This document shows, in pieces, positions 39,207 to 50,659 of a stretch of DNA of 64,000 bases. How positions within the stretch are numbered: the first letter of the stretch is position 1; each line of letters starts with the position of its first letter. The stretch spans positions 187,998-251,997 of the forward strand of contig QPGO01000015.1 in NCBI GenBank assembly GCA_008632985.1, written 5' to 3'. Made by a program: the position numbers and the translations under genes. The notes below the pieces were generated by a model. The model saw only the letters and a program-made list of their open reading frames with translations, was not told where the DNA came from and ran no database searches. The DNA is from Psammoneis japonica (Eukaryota).

Positions 39207-40163
39207 ATGAAAAGTACTCAGCGTCTAACAGCAACATCTCCTTCTGTCAGAGAGACTTCAAAGATAGATAAAGATGAAATCTTGGTTCGTCTCAAGGTCA
39301 TGCAATCACAGGAAGAATCAGCGACATATCGCTCCGCTGACTACCTTGGAGAAAACATGTTTTCGTCCAAATTTCGAGTAGACGAAGTTTGCCGTCTAAA
39401 AATGTGCCAATGGTGCTATCAGATTGTGAATCAGTGCAATCTTCAACGTGAAACTGTTGCTTTTGCCATGTCATACCTGGATCGATACCTGAGTACGCCA
39501 TCTGGAAGACACGTTTTATTTCAGGTTCGTCTATACCAACTTGCAGCTATGACTTCGCTTTATACTGCAATCAAGCTTCACGAGCCAATTGCCTTAGAGC
39601 CATCGGTGTTGGTAGATATAAGTCATGGTCACTACATGCTGGAAGAGATTGAAGAGATGGAGACCAGGATGCTCTTTTCGTTGAATTGGTTTGTGAACGA
39701 TCCTACCCCACAAGGCTTTGCAAGACTGATACTGTCACTTTTTCCAGACACGGTCGAGCTAGAATTGAAGGACGAGATTCATCGGAATACAATCTATCAG
39801 TTAGAACTTGCTGTTGCTCACTACGCCCTGTCGGGTACGAAGCCGTCGTCCATTGCTGTTGCTGCCGTTGCGAACGCCCTTGAAAGCGTTGAAAATGAAA
39901 AGATGAATTCAAGTATGAAGGAAGCGTTCTTGATCAGGCTCCAACAACAGTTCGAATTCGAGTTGAAGAGCCTGTCATATGTTAAAGCATCGCTAGGGCT
40001 GATTCTCCGCGGTGCTCAAAGTGATTTCGTTGACCAGACCAACTTTTGTCTATCTCCTCCTATCTCCAACCAAAGCGACATGTCTGGTTGTACTGGCGAG
40101 GCACTAGCCTCGAATACTTCAAGCCCTGTCTGTGTGCTGCGGGGTAGGCGAACACCCCAATGA
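39207..40163 (+). CDS. Cyclin (diatom-specific cyclin-like)
   Basis: Cyclin box CRLKMCQWCYQIV..LQRETVAFAMSYLDRYL..YQLAAMTSLYTAIKLHE..ME..ML..L.W..N.PTP. Confidence 0.93.
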   Translation: MKSTQRLTATSPSVRETSKIDKDEILVRLKVMQSQEESATYRSADYLGENMFSSKFRVDEVCRLKMCQWCYQIVNQCNLQRETVAFAMSYLDRYLSTPSGRHVLFQVRLYQLAAMTSLYTAIKLHEPIALEPSVLVDISHGHYMLEEIEEMETRMLFSLNWFVNDPTPQGFARLILSLFPDTVELELKDEIHRNTIYQLELAVAHYALSGTKPSSIAVAAVANALESVENEKMNSSMKEAFLIRLQQQFEFELKSLSYVKASLGLILRGAQSDFVDQTNFCLSPPISNQSDMSGCTGEALASNTSSPVCVLRGRRTPQ

Positions 40164-40435
40164 ATGATCTGTCATTCCCGGTTTCCTCAACATCGCTGTC
40201 AGATGAAAATCTGTACCTATTGCATAACTGATCATAAATCAAAGTCAATCAAATACAGTATTTCTACTGGGTCGTTTCAGATACACACATTCCAGCAACG
40301 ACAGAAAGCTCTGTCCGTTTTGCTGTTACGCACAAGCAAACGTTTCCATTCACAGTCCATACGGTAAACCGGCATGTCCTAATCTAATAAAGAGATCAAG
40401 GAACTTGAAAGCAACGCCGTTCGCGTTCTCGTCTT

Positions 40436-41098
40436 CTACTCGGCCCGAGATTTAGTTTTACTTGCCTTGAACTTTGGCCTCTTCGACCTCCTGGTGGTCA
40501 CTCGTTATGGTCCCTCTAGAGTAAGTTCCACGTCTTGAGTTTCCTCAGCTTGATTGGACAGAGTTTCTTCACCCGGGGGTTCATCAAAGGAATCTACAAT
40601 CTCCTCCAGGTGCGTTTCCATGTCTTGTTCAGGCGAAGGCTGCTGTGGTGGAGGAAGAGAGGTCTGAGACGATGCACTCTGCTCCGATTCACGAGACGTA
40701 TTTTCCGGTTGATCTGTCGACGACGAAGCCCCGACTTGTACTTTGAATACGGACAAATCTAAAACGACAAAAACAATAGAAATACCCATTCTTGTTAGCT
40801 CGGTCATGCTGATCAAGAATGAAGTCACTTTTCATCAGGATCTCACCTAGGGGGACCTTTGACTTTGGATCCAGCGCAAGAGCTACCAAATGCGGATGCT
40901 TTGAATTCTCCGATTGATATTTTCGTTTAAGCTGCTTCCTGCTGCGACTCTCAAAAAAGGACGCCATCGTCGCAAAGTCGGTACCAACCTGTCGCAATGC
41001 GTGGTAGAACAGTTTTGTCTCTTCTACAGTCCAGTGTTGCGGTGCCCGTCTAGAAACAAATGAATGATGAGAGGCTCCCACAACCGCAGTGTGTGATT
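40436..41098 (-). pseudogene. 5'-truncated duplicate of the BDP1-like gene
   Basis: Near-identical to 54882-55558 but breaks at 41098; premature stop near 40506. Confidence 0.85.
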
Positions 41099-44000
41099 GT
41101 TGCCGGCATTTTCTTATTCGTGATGACTTGATGTAATTCGACATGGTACTGTATGGAAACGTCGAAAATACCGTAGAGGTTTCGGTATGTGTCGTGGAGG
41201 ATTGCAATTATTGTTGATAAGGCAGTAGAAAGAAGAGAAGCAACTCCAAACTGCATTGTTGTTCGTTTCCAAGTACAGTGCTGTACTGCATGTGTGTCTG
41301 TGTGTACCGTATTACTCTAATAGTCTAATCTAGCATCCCCTTCGGTCGGCATTCTGATTAGTCTAACTTTTCGCGCCTCGTGATTTTCGCGTTGTTGAGT
41401 CAATCGCTGTGTCTCGGATAAAGAAACCAGCATGTTTTGGAACGCTTGTCTCTTACTTCAGTGGCACTTGGTTAATTGTTTAGAACATTGCGATGTCACT
41501 GAGATTGTGGTGGGTCACCAGCCCAATCACACTGGCAACCACTGTTTTCTGACACTCACCAGATGATTCAGCCTGGGGCAGCTTGCAATTTTGTCACTGG
41601 TGGTTTTGTGTGAAAGGATTTTTGACTGAACTTTGTCACTGCTTGTCAGCAGACTCTATCTGCTTACATTCCACCTGAGGCATCACTCTAAAAAGGACAT
41701 CCAGGTGATGCACTGGTGAGGCACTCGGAGCTCAGCTCAAGCTCCTTCCTCGAGCTGCAGCTGGTGGCGGTGTCACCTCACCCAGTTGAGTTAACCTGAC
41801 ACATTCAAGCCTTCACTTGGGGATGCCCAGACTGCTTGCAGAGCAAATGTCCACCACTCTGATTCTGTCAGTGCAAGAATCTGAAATTGCATCCAGCGCA
41901 AAGTTCGAGAGAGCTCCCCCCCAAGAGCTGGCTCCGCCAGCTGACTTTGAACAACATCTGCTGGTTCCGCCAGAAGACTGACCACCAGGTTTTCCAGTCT
42001 GCCCCTTGTGCCACCATCTTGGGCTCTGCACCACCCTGCAGCCCTTTTGAGACCCAAGAGAGCTCTTTGAGCTCACTTGTCCCAGCTGTAGATGACACGT
42101 TGGCCTGGTTCGACAGCATCGAGTGACCTGCTGGCAGCCATGGCTGGCCCAATCCTGTCAAGAGCCAGCCTCCACCGCAAGATCCTCTGCCTCCCCAGGA
42201 CAACAAGGGCACAGTCAGCTCTTCTGGGCTGCTCCCATGTGCCCACAATGATGATGAGGATGAGTCGTCTGATGATGAATCTGATGACGAGGGCTCCATG
42301 TGACCAGCTGACCGCTGTGCCATGCAATGCATGGCCACCATTTTTGCCATGGCACAATGCCCAAGACCAAGCCCAAGATCTTCAAGCCCAAGTCTCCCAA
42401 TGCAGGAGAAGTTGTCATTGCCAGCTCTGTGAAACAGGTGGCTTGGTCCAGGGGCAAGCCCAAGGCCAGCTGGTGTGGACTCAACCCCGCTGTTGCCACC
42501 ACTGCTCCCATGTCACACAATCAGCACCGCTCTTGCCATGTCCCAATCACACTCAAAGAAAAGCAAAAACTGTCAAACTGCTGGATTTTTTGCCAAGTTT
42601 GCATGCAAGGGAGATCTGTCAGTCTTTGAGAAGAGCAGAGCAGATCATTTGAAGGACTGCAGTGTGGATGCAGTCACTTGGCTCAACCCAAACAACTTGC
42701 TCCATCACAGGCACCCAACATGTGCTCCAAGTCCAGCACAGCTGAGCTGGTGGCTCCACAGCTTGCCAAGTGCAACAGCCGTGCAGCACTGCCAATGATG
42801 AGAACACAACAACTGTGTTCCTCACAAACTTGATTGAACTGGATTGGGTCACCTGGCTCAACTTGAAAATTGAAGACTCGGACCCATTCCCAAAAGTTTG
42901 AGAGAGCACTCATTGTCATTCTCCAAAGCCTGTCATCATGTGCTTCAAGGGTTCAATCCCCCACAAGCCCTCACAGTTCTTGGGACAAGACCTTCATGAG
43001 AGCTCCCAAAAAGGAGTTTGAGGTTGTCACAAAGGAGTTGGATGTCACTGGGTGGTGCAACAACAAATTGATGCTGACTCTTGTCAGCTCATGTTTGGAA
43101 GCTGAAGGCTTTGGCAAAAATGTTCAGCAGCTCAAGCACATGCTGCAAACTTTGAAAGAATGGCTTGACAACATGTCACTTGCAATTTCTTGCAAGTCCA
43201 AGTCTGACACTGAGCACATTGCCTTGCATGTTGATTCTTGATGCAAGCAACAAAGGAGACCCCAGTTGAGCAGCAAAAGTGCTGGTTGAGCTTTCAACCA
43301 ATCTCCCAGTTGGGCGGGCCTGCTGTGCAAGTCTGGCAAGTCAACAAATTTGTGAAGTGTTTTGGCTGACTCCAACGACAATGTTGAGTGACAACCTCAA
43401 TCTCTCACCTGCTGAAAAGGAGCCACTTAATTGGTGCTGTGGCCTTGGACACTTGACCTTTGAAAAGGTGCAATTTTTGACATGTGCTGGTGTTTTGGCC
43501 AAGTCTGAAAGTGTCTGTCATCTCCACAAAAGACTCTGTCAGCTTGATCATCCTTCTCTCTTTGCACTGCTTCCCACATCATCATTTGAGATCAAGAAGG
43601 AAGGAGCCTTGAAGAAAGAGCAGCTGCCCCCCCCTGAAAATGGCACCCACCACTGATCACTTTGTTTGTTCTGTGTGCTTTTTTGTCTGAAGCACACCTT
43701 TGGAAAAGAGGACACAAAGCATCAGCACTCAAGTGGTGCTGCTGTCTTTGTGGCCATGTGCCAGGTGCACAAATGTTTGACATTGAACTGACCTTAATTT
43801 CCATGAGACACTTCAAGCCACAAAATGGATTTTGAGGCCCATCATTGTGGCTTTGGCATCATTCCCCAAGCACATTTGAGCAAAATGACAGAAAGGCTCT
43901 CACTTTAGCTGATTTTTGCCAAGTCCACCTTGAATCTTTCACTGAAGTGTCAAGGTGCATCAGCACTGGAGCCCACCACCACAAAAACCAAGTGTTGCTG

Positions 44001-47000
44001 AATGTGCCACACATGCTGTCATGTCCATCACAAGGAGTGTGGATGCTGCCCTGTGGCCATTTGCCATCAACCACATGCTGTCCTGCTTTGCAGCACCATG
44101 CCTGGCCCTTCTGCTGATTGAGTCCCCAGGACATCTTTGCCAAGATGCAATTGCCAAGTGCTTTCAGGGCTGTCATGTTTTTGAGGTCACCCCCAGTTTG
44201 TGTTCTGGACAACAAAGTTGGCAATGGTGGCAGAAAGAAGTTGCCTGAATGGTGCAGCCCTGCACAAGCTGGCATGTCTGTGTGGGACTCAGCTCCAAGC
44301 ATGCATTGTCAGCCCCACCAGTCTTGAGTCTTGAAACTGGGGGCATCTCTCCACTGTTTCACACCATTTTTGACAATTTGTTTGCTGCTGTTCCTGTTGA
44401 GATCCAGACTCTCTCCCTGCCATTGGATCTCTAAAACAGACCACTTCCTTTGGAGACAGCACACATCAAGCAATGCATGCTGTGGACAAGGAAGACCAAG
44501 CAGAACAAGGAAGACCAAGCAGAAGTGAGTGCAAGTGTTGTGTTCTTGGGGAGTTGCAGATGCCACCACCCCACAGTTGCCGCTGGAGAACCTCTTTGAA
44601 TGGCTCCTTTGGCAAGCCAGGCTTCACCATCTCCACCCAGCCCACACCCAGTCCTCCTTTGGCATTGCCTGCACCCATGGAAAGAACCAACTCTCACCTT
44701 TGTTGGAGTCTTCTGCTGATCCTGCCATCTCAGACAATTTGCCTCAGAAGGAGAATGATTTGTGGGCCCTGCAATGTCTCCAAGTCCACAGAGGGAGCCT
44801 TCTGCCCCTCAAAATCTTTTCTCTCAACTCAGTCAAGAGAGGGAGGAGTTCCCTGCTGCACACCTCAACAGAGGGAGCAATGCCCCTCTCTCCCATTCTT
44901 CATGTCATTCAACCCAACAAAATCCCACTGCTCCCCAGCACCGTGGGTGCAATGGAACACAAGGAAGCAGACAAATCATGGCTCACTTTGCCAGTTTTCA
45001 TTGTGTCCACAAGTTTGATCATGGCTGCAACATTTCCATGCCCCCACTCCTTTGGCACTTGAGCCTTTGGTTGGCACCACACAAAATCAAGAATCTGCTG
45101 GGTGCCTTGTCATGAAAAGACAAAGCTGTGCAAAGCCCCAATTGCAAGAAGTGGCTTGACTTGGCCAAGATGGAGGTTGGCTGCACTGCCCTTGTCCATC
45201 AAGGAATGTGGTGGGCTGAAGCACCCACATCCAAAGCCAAACCAAGATTCTCCCCAACACTTGAGCATTTTGTTGCAAACTGTTGCCATCGGCTGAGATC
45301 AAGAAACTCAAGAAGGCTTGCTGTTGCTGTCATGGTGATCTTCAAGAAGAGGGAGTCTCCCCAATGCTTGTGCTCCTGTGGCTGCTGCATTGAGTGCTGT
45401 GCATTTGTTCCTTGTCTTGGTTGAGGAGTCTAATCTTGAGCTGGTCCACAGCACTGGCAGATTTTCAGCTTGGATTCATCAAGTCTGCCAAAGGTCTCAG
45501 AGTTTGTCTCAAGCTTGTCAAGAGTCTCTGTGAACTCTCCCACTCTGCCCCAAAATTGTTGTGTGAGCATTGTCCACGAGCCTTCCTTGACACCTGGAAT
45601 TTGTCCAGAGCAAGCATGATCTGCACCTCCTGCTCTGATCTATGATTGCCTTGTTGTGTGCATGCAGGTCAACAACTGTGGCATCATTGCAGTGCAAGAG
45701 CCCACCATCAATCAAGTGATCTTGCAGCTGTGGAGCAAAGGACTCAATCAAGAAAAAGACAATTGGTTTTTCATCAAGTTGTTGTGGGTTGATTGAGAAG
45801 ATCCTCTCAGCCACAGGAATGAAAGAGACTGCAGGCCCAATCTGCTTCCTGCTGCTGCTTGTCTGCAACATGTTTCTGTGCTTGACAAGAGCAGACCTTG
45901 TCAATTTAAAAAAAAAATTGCATGCTTGCCAATTGTTTCCACAGATCTTCAATTTACACAATTGTCAATTTTGTTTCTTGTCAGTTGTTGAGTTTGCCAG
46001 TTTTAAGTTGCCTGTGTGACTTGTTTTGTCATGCATTTTACAAACTTAAGTCTTTGTGCATTTTTTCTCTTTTCCTCACATTTGTGAGCTCTTTCCCTTT
46101 TGTTTTGCTCTGCTTCTGCCACATCTGTCCTTTTTTCCCACTGCACACCTCACAACCCATCCTCCAATCTAACACTTGGCAAATGGCAATGGCACGCCAT
46201 TGTCATGATCCACTCTGTCCCGGTTGGATGTCTGACAACAACAACCAGTGCACTCTCCACCGACATTTTCAAAGGTGTCCCCAGTGTTCTTCTTTCCTCC
46301 ATTTTGGCCTCAACAATGCATCTCCTTCTCCTGACCACTCCCTGAGCAACAGCGGTGCCTCCAGCTCTCTTGATGCATCAGGGCCTCTCCATCATTTCCT
46401 TGATTCAAGCACCAAAGGATCAATGTCCCTGTCTCTCCAGGATGGTGATTTGTCACACCTTTTTCCATTTCCTCCTGCCAGTGATCAATCCCAATGAACT
46501 GGGGGGGAGATTCCCCCTTTAATGACAACGTTGTTGATGCACATCACTCGCTGGATGTGGAAGAAGTTGGTGCTGGCTCTCTTGCTTGAGACCCACCCGA
46601 TGATCATTTCTGCTGTGACAATGTCCTTTTTCTGGAGGAGGAGTTCAATCTTCTCTCAGCACATCATTCTCACTCATCTTCTTCCCTCTCTGACAAGGAC
46701 AACATCAACAATCATGATGATGATGGGCTTGCACTGCTTTGATCCACTGGATTTGGAGGAGATGGAAGAAGCTCAACTGCTGGAACCTCCATGCATTTGT
46801 GAAACCAACACCACCAAAAAGCTTCACCCAGTGGAGGAAGAGCAGGTTAGGATGACAAAGAAGCATCATCTGTCTCACGGTTTGTGCAAGGATTTTCTTT
46901 CCTTGGCCAAATGCGCCAAGGAGAGTGGCTGTGAGCACAAGTCTTTGTCTGGCTCCACGGCCTTGTGATGCATGAAAACAAAGCATGCCAATTGTGTGGG

Positions 47001-49599
47001 CCTGGAGCACCCATTGTTTGCTCCACTGTGCATGTTGGACCCGTGTTCCCCCCAGCACATGTGTGCAGATTTTCCTTTCTGCATTGTGTGAGAAGGCTGT
47101 TCTGCAATCCCGAGGTTGTCCAGCAGCGTCAGTGGTCATGCCATAAAAAGTGCTGCCCCAAAACAAACAAGTGCATTGGCAACTCCCTTGACACTGGAGA
47201 CTGGTGGAAGCAAGCTTGGTGTGATCTCAAATGTTCCCTTGCTGATTTTGGCAATGGCTGCTCTTTTGGGTCTCACTTTGTTGGCCCAGTTGTGTGCTGT
47301 TTGACAATTCCACCCCATGTGACAACACAGGTCATCTGCGAGCACAACCCGTCCTTGCAACATTGGGCAATTTGAGTGATGAGAGTTGCTGCAGCCACTC
47401 CCTTGGCCAACACTTGGAATGGTGCTGCCACACCCAAAGACAAGCAATGAGTGCACCTGCTGCTGACCATCAGCCAAAGCTTGGACAGGAGACATGCATC
47501 AAGTTCCACCACAGCATGTTGTGGGAGACATTGACCAAGTTGCTTCAACTGTCAAAGCAAAAGACTGGTTTCCCAATTGTGATGCCATCTCTTGGCTTTG
47601 TCCATCTTCACTTTTGATTGTGCATGACAGTTGGCAATGCAAAAGGTCACAATGACATGGCTTGTCACTGCAACTCCCAGCATTCTGGCAACACATCTCA
47701 GACAAATGGGGGCTGTGACATGCTCAACACTTTGGTGACAATCCCTTGTTTGGCTGCAATTTGGTGGAAAAAGATGGCATCCAGGGGACAGCGGAGGCTG
47801 CCATGACAGCCATGGAGGAAAGGCACCACAGCAAAGTGACTGCAGCTTGTGAATGGTGCAAGGACATTTCACAGAACTTGGCTCATCCTGTGTTTTGGGA
47901 CCTCCCTCATGGTGGAGGACAGCATGGCACATTTGGCATGCTGCCCTGGGAACTGTTGCACGCCCTTTGCTTGAGCCTTTGCAAGCACCTCCTTCATGCC
48001 TTCTTCAACCTGTGCCAAGACCCAGAAAACAAGTTGTCATGGCATCATGACCTTTTGGTGATGAGGAATGCACAATGGATGACTGACTGTCTGGCACACT
48101 CAAGGAGCTTCCCAAGCCATTTGACAAAGCTGAGTTTGAGAGATGATTCAGAGTTGCCACACATGCATCCAGGAGGCAAAGTGATTGGAGTGAGCAAAGA
48201 ACTCCATTTGAGAATGGAGTTGCCAACCAGACTCATCCGTCTGGCCAAGAGCATGTCTTTGGAACTGGATGTGGCATTGTCCCTGTCATCAAACAAGGAA
48301 ATCCTTCTCACTCGGCTGCAGAAATGCATTCTCAAGCATCTGCAATTGTTTCAATTTGTTGTCGGCCCATTCTGAGAGTGTTGTTCTTGGTCTGGACTTT
48401 GTGCATCCAAGCTCCATGGCTTTTTGCACTTTCTGTTTTACACCCATCAGTGCGGCAATGCCAACAATTTTTTGGGGGGGTTTCTGTGAAGCTCTTCTTG
48501 GGACACTTCAGAAACAACCTGCTAAAAAACCAGTCATTGGCTAGATGGGATTGGCCTTGATGTGATGAATCATTGCTGTGAGGAGGACCTTGTTGCAAGG
48601 GAATCAGAAAAGGATTTGTTGGATGCAGGTTGGCTGCATGAAAAAGATGATCAGGCTCCTGCACCCCAGCCATCAAATCATGGATGCACAGACCCTGTCA
48701 CAGGATTCAAACCACTCAAATCTGCAATGACAGCCACTCGGGCCACAGACGCATCTGGCAACAATGCCGCATGGTCTGCAAAATGTGGAGATGAACAGCT
48801 GCAGAGACCTTCACATCCCTGTTTGTTCCAGGCAATTGTGGCAATGAGTGGGTGGCATCTTTGCTCCATCATGCAGAACATGATGATGCCTTCCCCGCTG
48901 AGCTTGTGAACTTTCACTTTGGACATGATGCTCCGGGCCCTGGGGATGATGAACATTGCATTTGCTCCAACAAGATGCCACCCAAACTTTCACTCACATT
49001 CCATGGAAATGAAGGAGTTGGCACAACTGGGCACCACAGTGAAGTGGGATGAGGAGCAAATGAGCTGTTCGGTCACAGCTCGTGTGTTGTGGGTGACCTT
49101 AGAAGATCAAATGATGGAACAAAAATCTGCAGTTTTTGCAATTCAATCACTTCAGAGCTTCACCCCCAACAAAGATTCTCTCTTGACCTTTTTCATGGGC
49201 AATGAAATGGAGTCAGAAATCAGAGTTGTTGATGCCAGGGACATGTTGTCTGCCACCTTTGTTCTTCCGTCAAACAAGGTTGCCACCATGAAAATGTGGG
49301 ACACAAGGTGAGGCACAAGAAGAGAAAGAGGAAATGAGTGTCAGATGCACAGAGCATGGAGCTCGGGCTGACAATGCAAATGACTGGCATTTTTGCGAAT
49401 CTTTGCACACAGACATTGTGATGCATGCTGAGGCAAAAAGGGAGATGGGCAGCAGGGGCGGCACAAAGGTGAGTGGAAACAGTGTGAGAAACAAGCCATT
49501 TGGAAACAGAAGAGATGCAAAACTCTGGTCAATCGTGTGCTGTTTTCTCTTGTTGCAGGCAATGCTTTGGCCACCAAATGGGAAAAATGAAAGAGAGGC

Positions 49600-49692
49600 T
49601 GCAGCCTGGAATGGACACTCTTGGAAAGAGCTTGTGTGAACAGAGATTGCAGCCTGGAATGGACACCCCTGGAAAGAGCTTGTGCAGAGAGT
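49600..49692 (+). repeat. Two copies of a ~48-bp tandem repeat
   Basis: TGCAGCCTGGAATGGACAC.C.TGGAAAGAGCTTGTG occurs twice. Confidence 0.9.
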
Positions 49693-50195
49693 GACAGCAA
49701 CCACAAGGGAGGACACCATCATGACCAAAACACCAGGACACAATCATGCATGGATTGCAGAGGACAAAGGGGAACTGGTGGGATGTGCAAGAGAAAAACA
49801 AGAGTGGGGAACAGGAACCAAAAGAGCATCATTCAGTGCCAAAACAAGATGACAAAACCAGTGCAAACAAGCAGCACACAGCCACTGCACAACAAGGTCA
49901 ACACGGCTGATGCACATCATTGTTGTCAGACCTGAACAAATGCGCACTTGTTGAGAAAGACACAATTGCAAATCACAGGTTTCATTTGTTGTTGTTTCCC
50001 ACTTGGAAGGTCAGTTTGAACATGAACAGAAACACAACTGTTGTTAGAATGAGCAGCAATGGGGAATTGTCAAGATTGCACACACAATGAGACTGATTTA
50101 TTTTGAGCATTAAATCCCACTTGGAAGGTTAAAACAAGGGTTGAAGACCCTTCACACACAATCAATTGGCACTTGTTAACCTTTCAACCACCACA

Positions 50196-50659
50196 GAGCA
50201 AATCTCCATAGGTGGAGATTAGCTCCACTTGAGGAATTGTGATGTGTCAGCAATTCACATGATGATGCAATGAGCACAGCACAAAAATGTCACATCATGC
50301 ACAATCTGCACAAAATGCACCACATGCACTTGCTCATTGTGAGCAAATCTCCAGTGGTGGAGATTTGCTCCAAGGGTGTGGCACTTTTTGCTCTGTTGCA
50401 ATGACAGCTCATCACAAACTGGGTTGTCACAGGTTGAGATGCAGTTCCTCTCTGTTCACAGATGAAGCATGCAAAAAACCCGGTGTCAAAAGTTGACATT
50501 GAACTTTCAAAATTGCAAGAATGGTCCCCCAGTGCTCTTTCTGCAAATGCTCGTTCAAAACAAAATTGTGCAAAAATGTTTGCCGTGCATGTCCAAAAAT
50601 GTTTCATTTTGCACATTTGTGATGCAAGCAAGCAAATGTCCATGGGTGGAGATTTGCTC
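50196..50659. repeat. Three copies of a 30-bp palindrome
   Basis: GAGCAAATCTCCA-N4-TGGAGATTTGCTC at 50196, 50341 (perfect) and 50630. Confidence 0.9.

Noticed and set aside
50196..50659. CRISPR-like array of palindromic repeats
   Set aside because: Only three copies, with long irregular spacing, a eukaryotic TE context and no cas genes.
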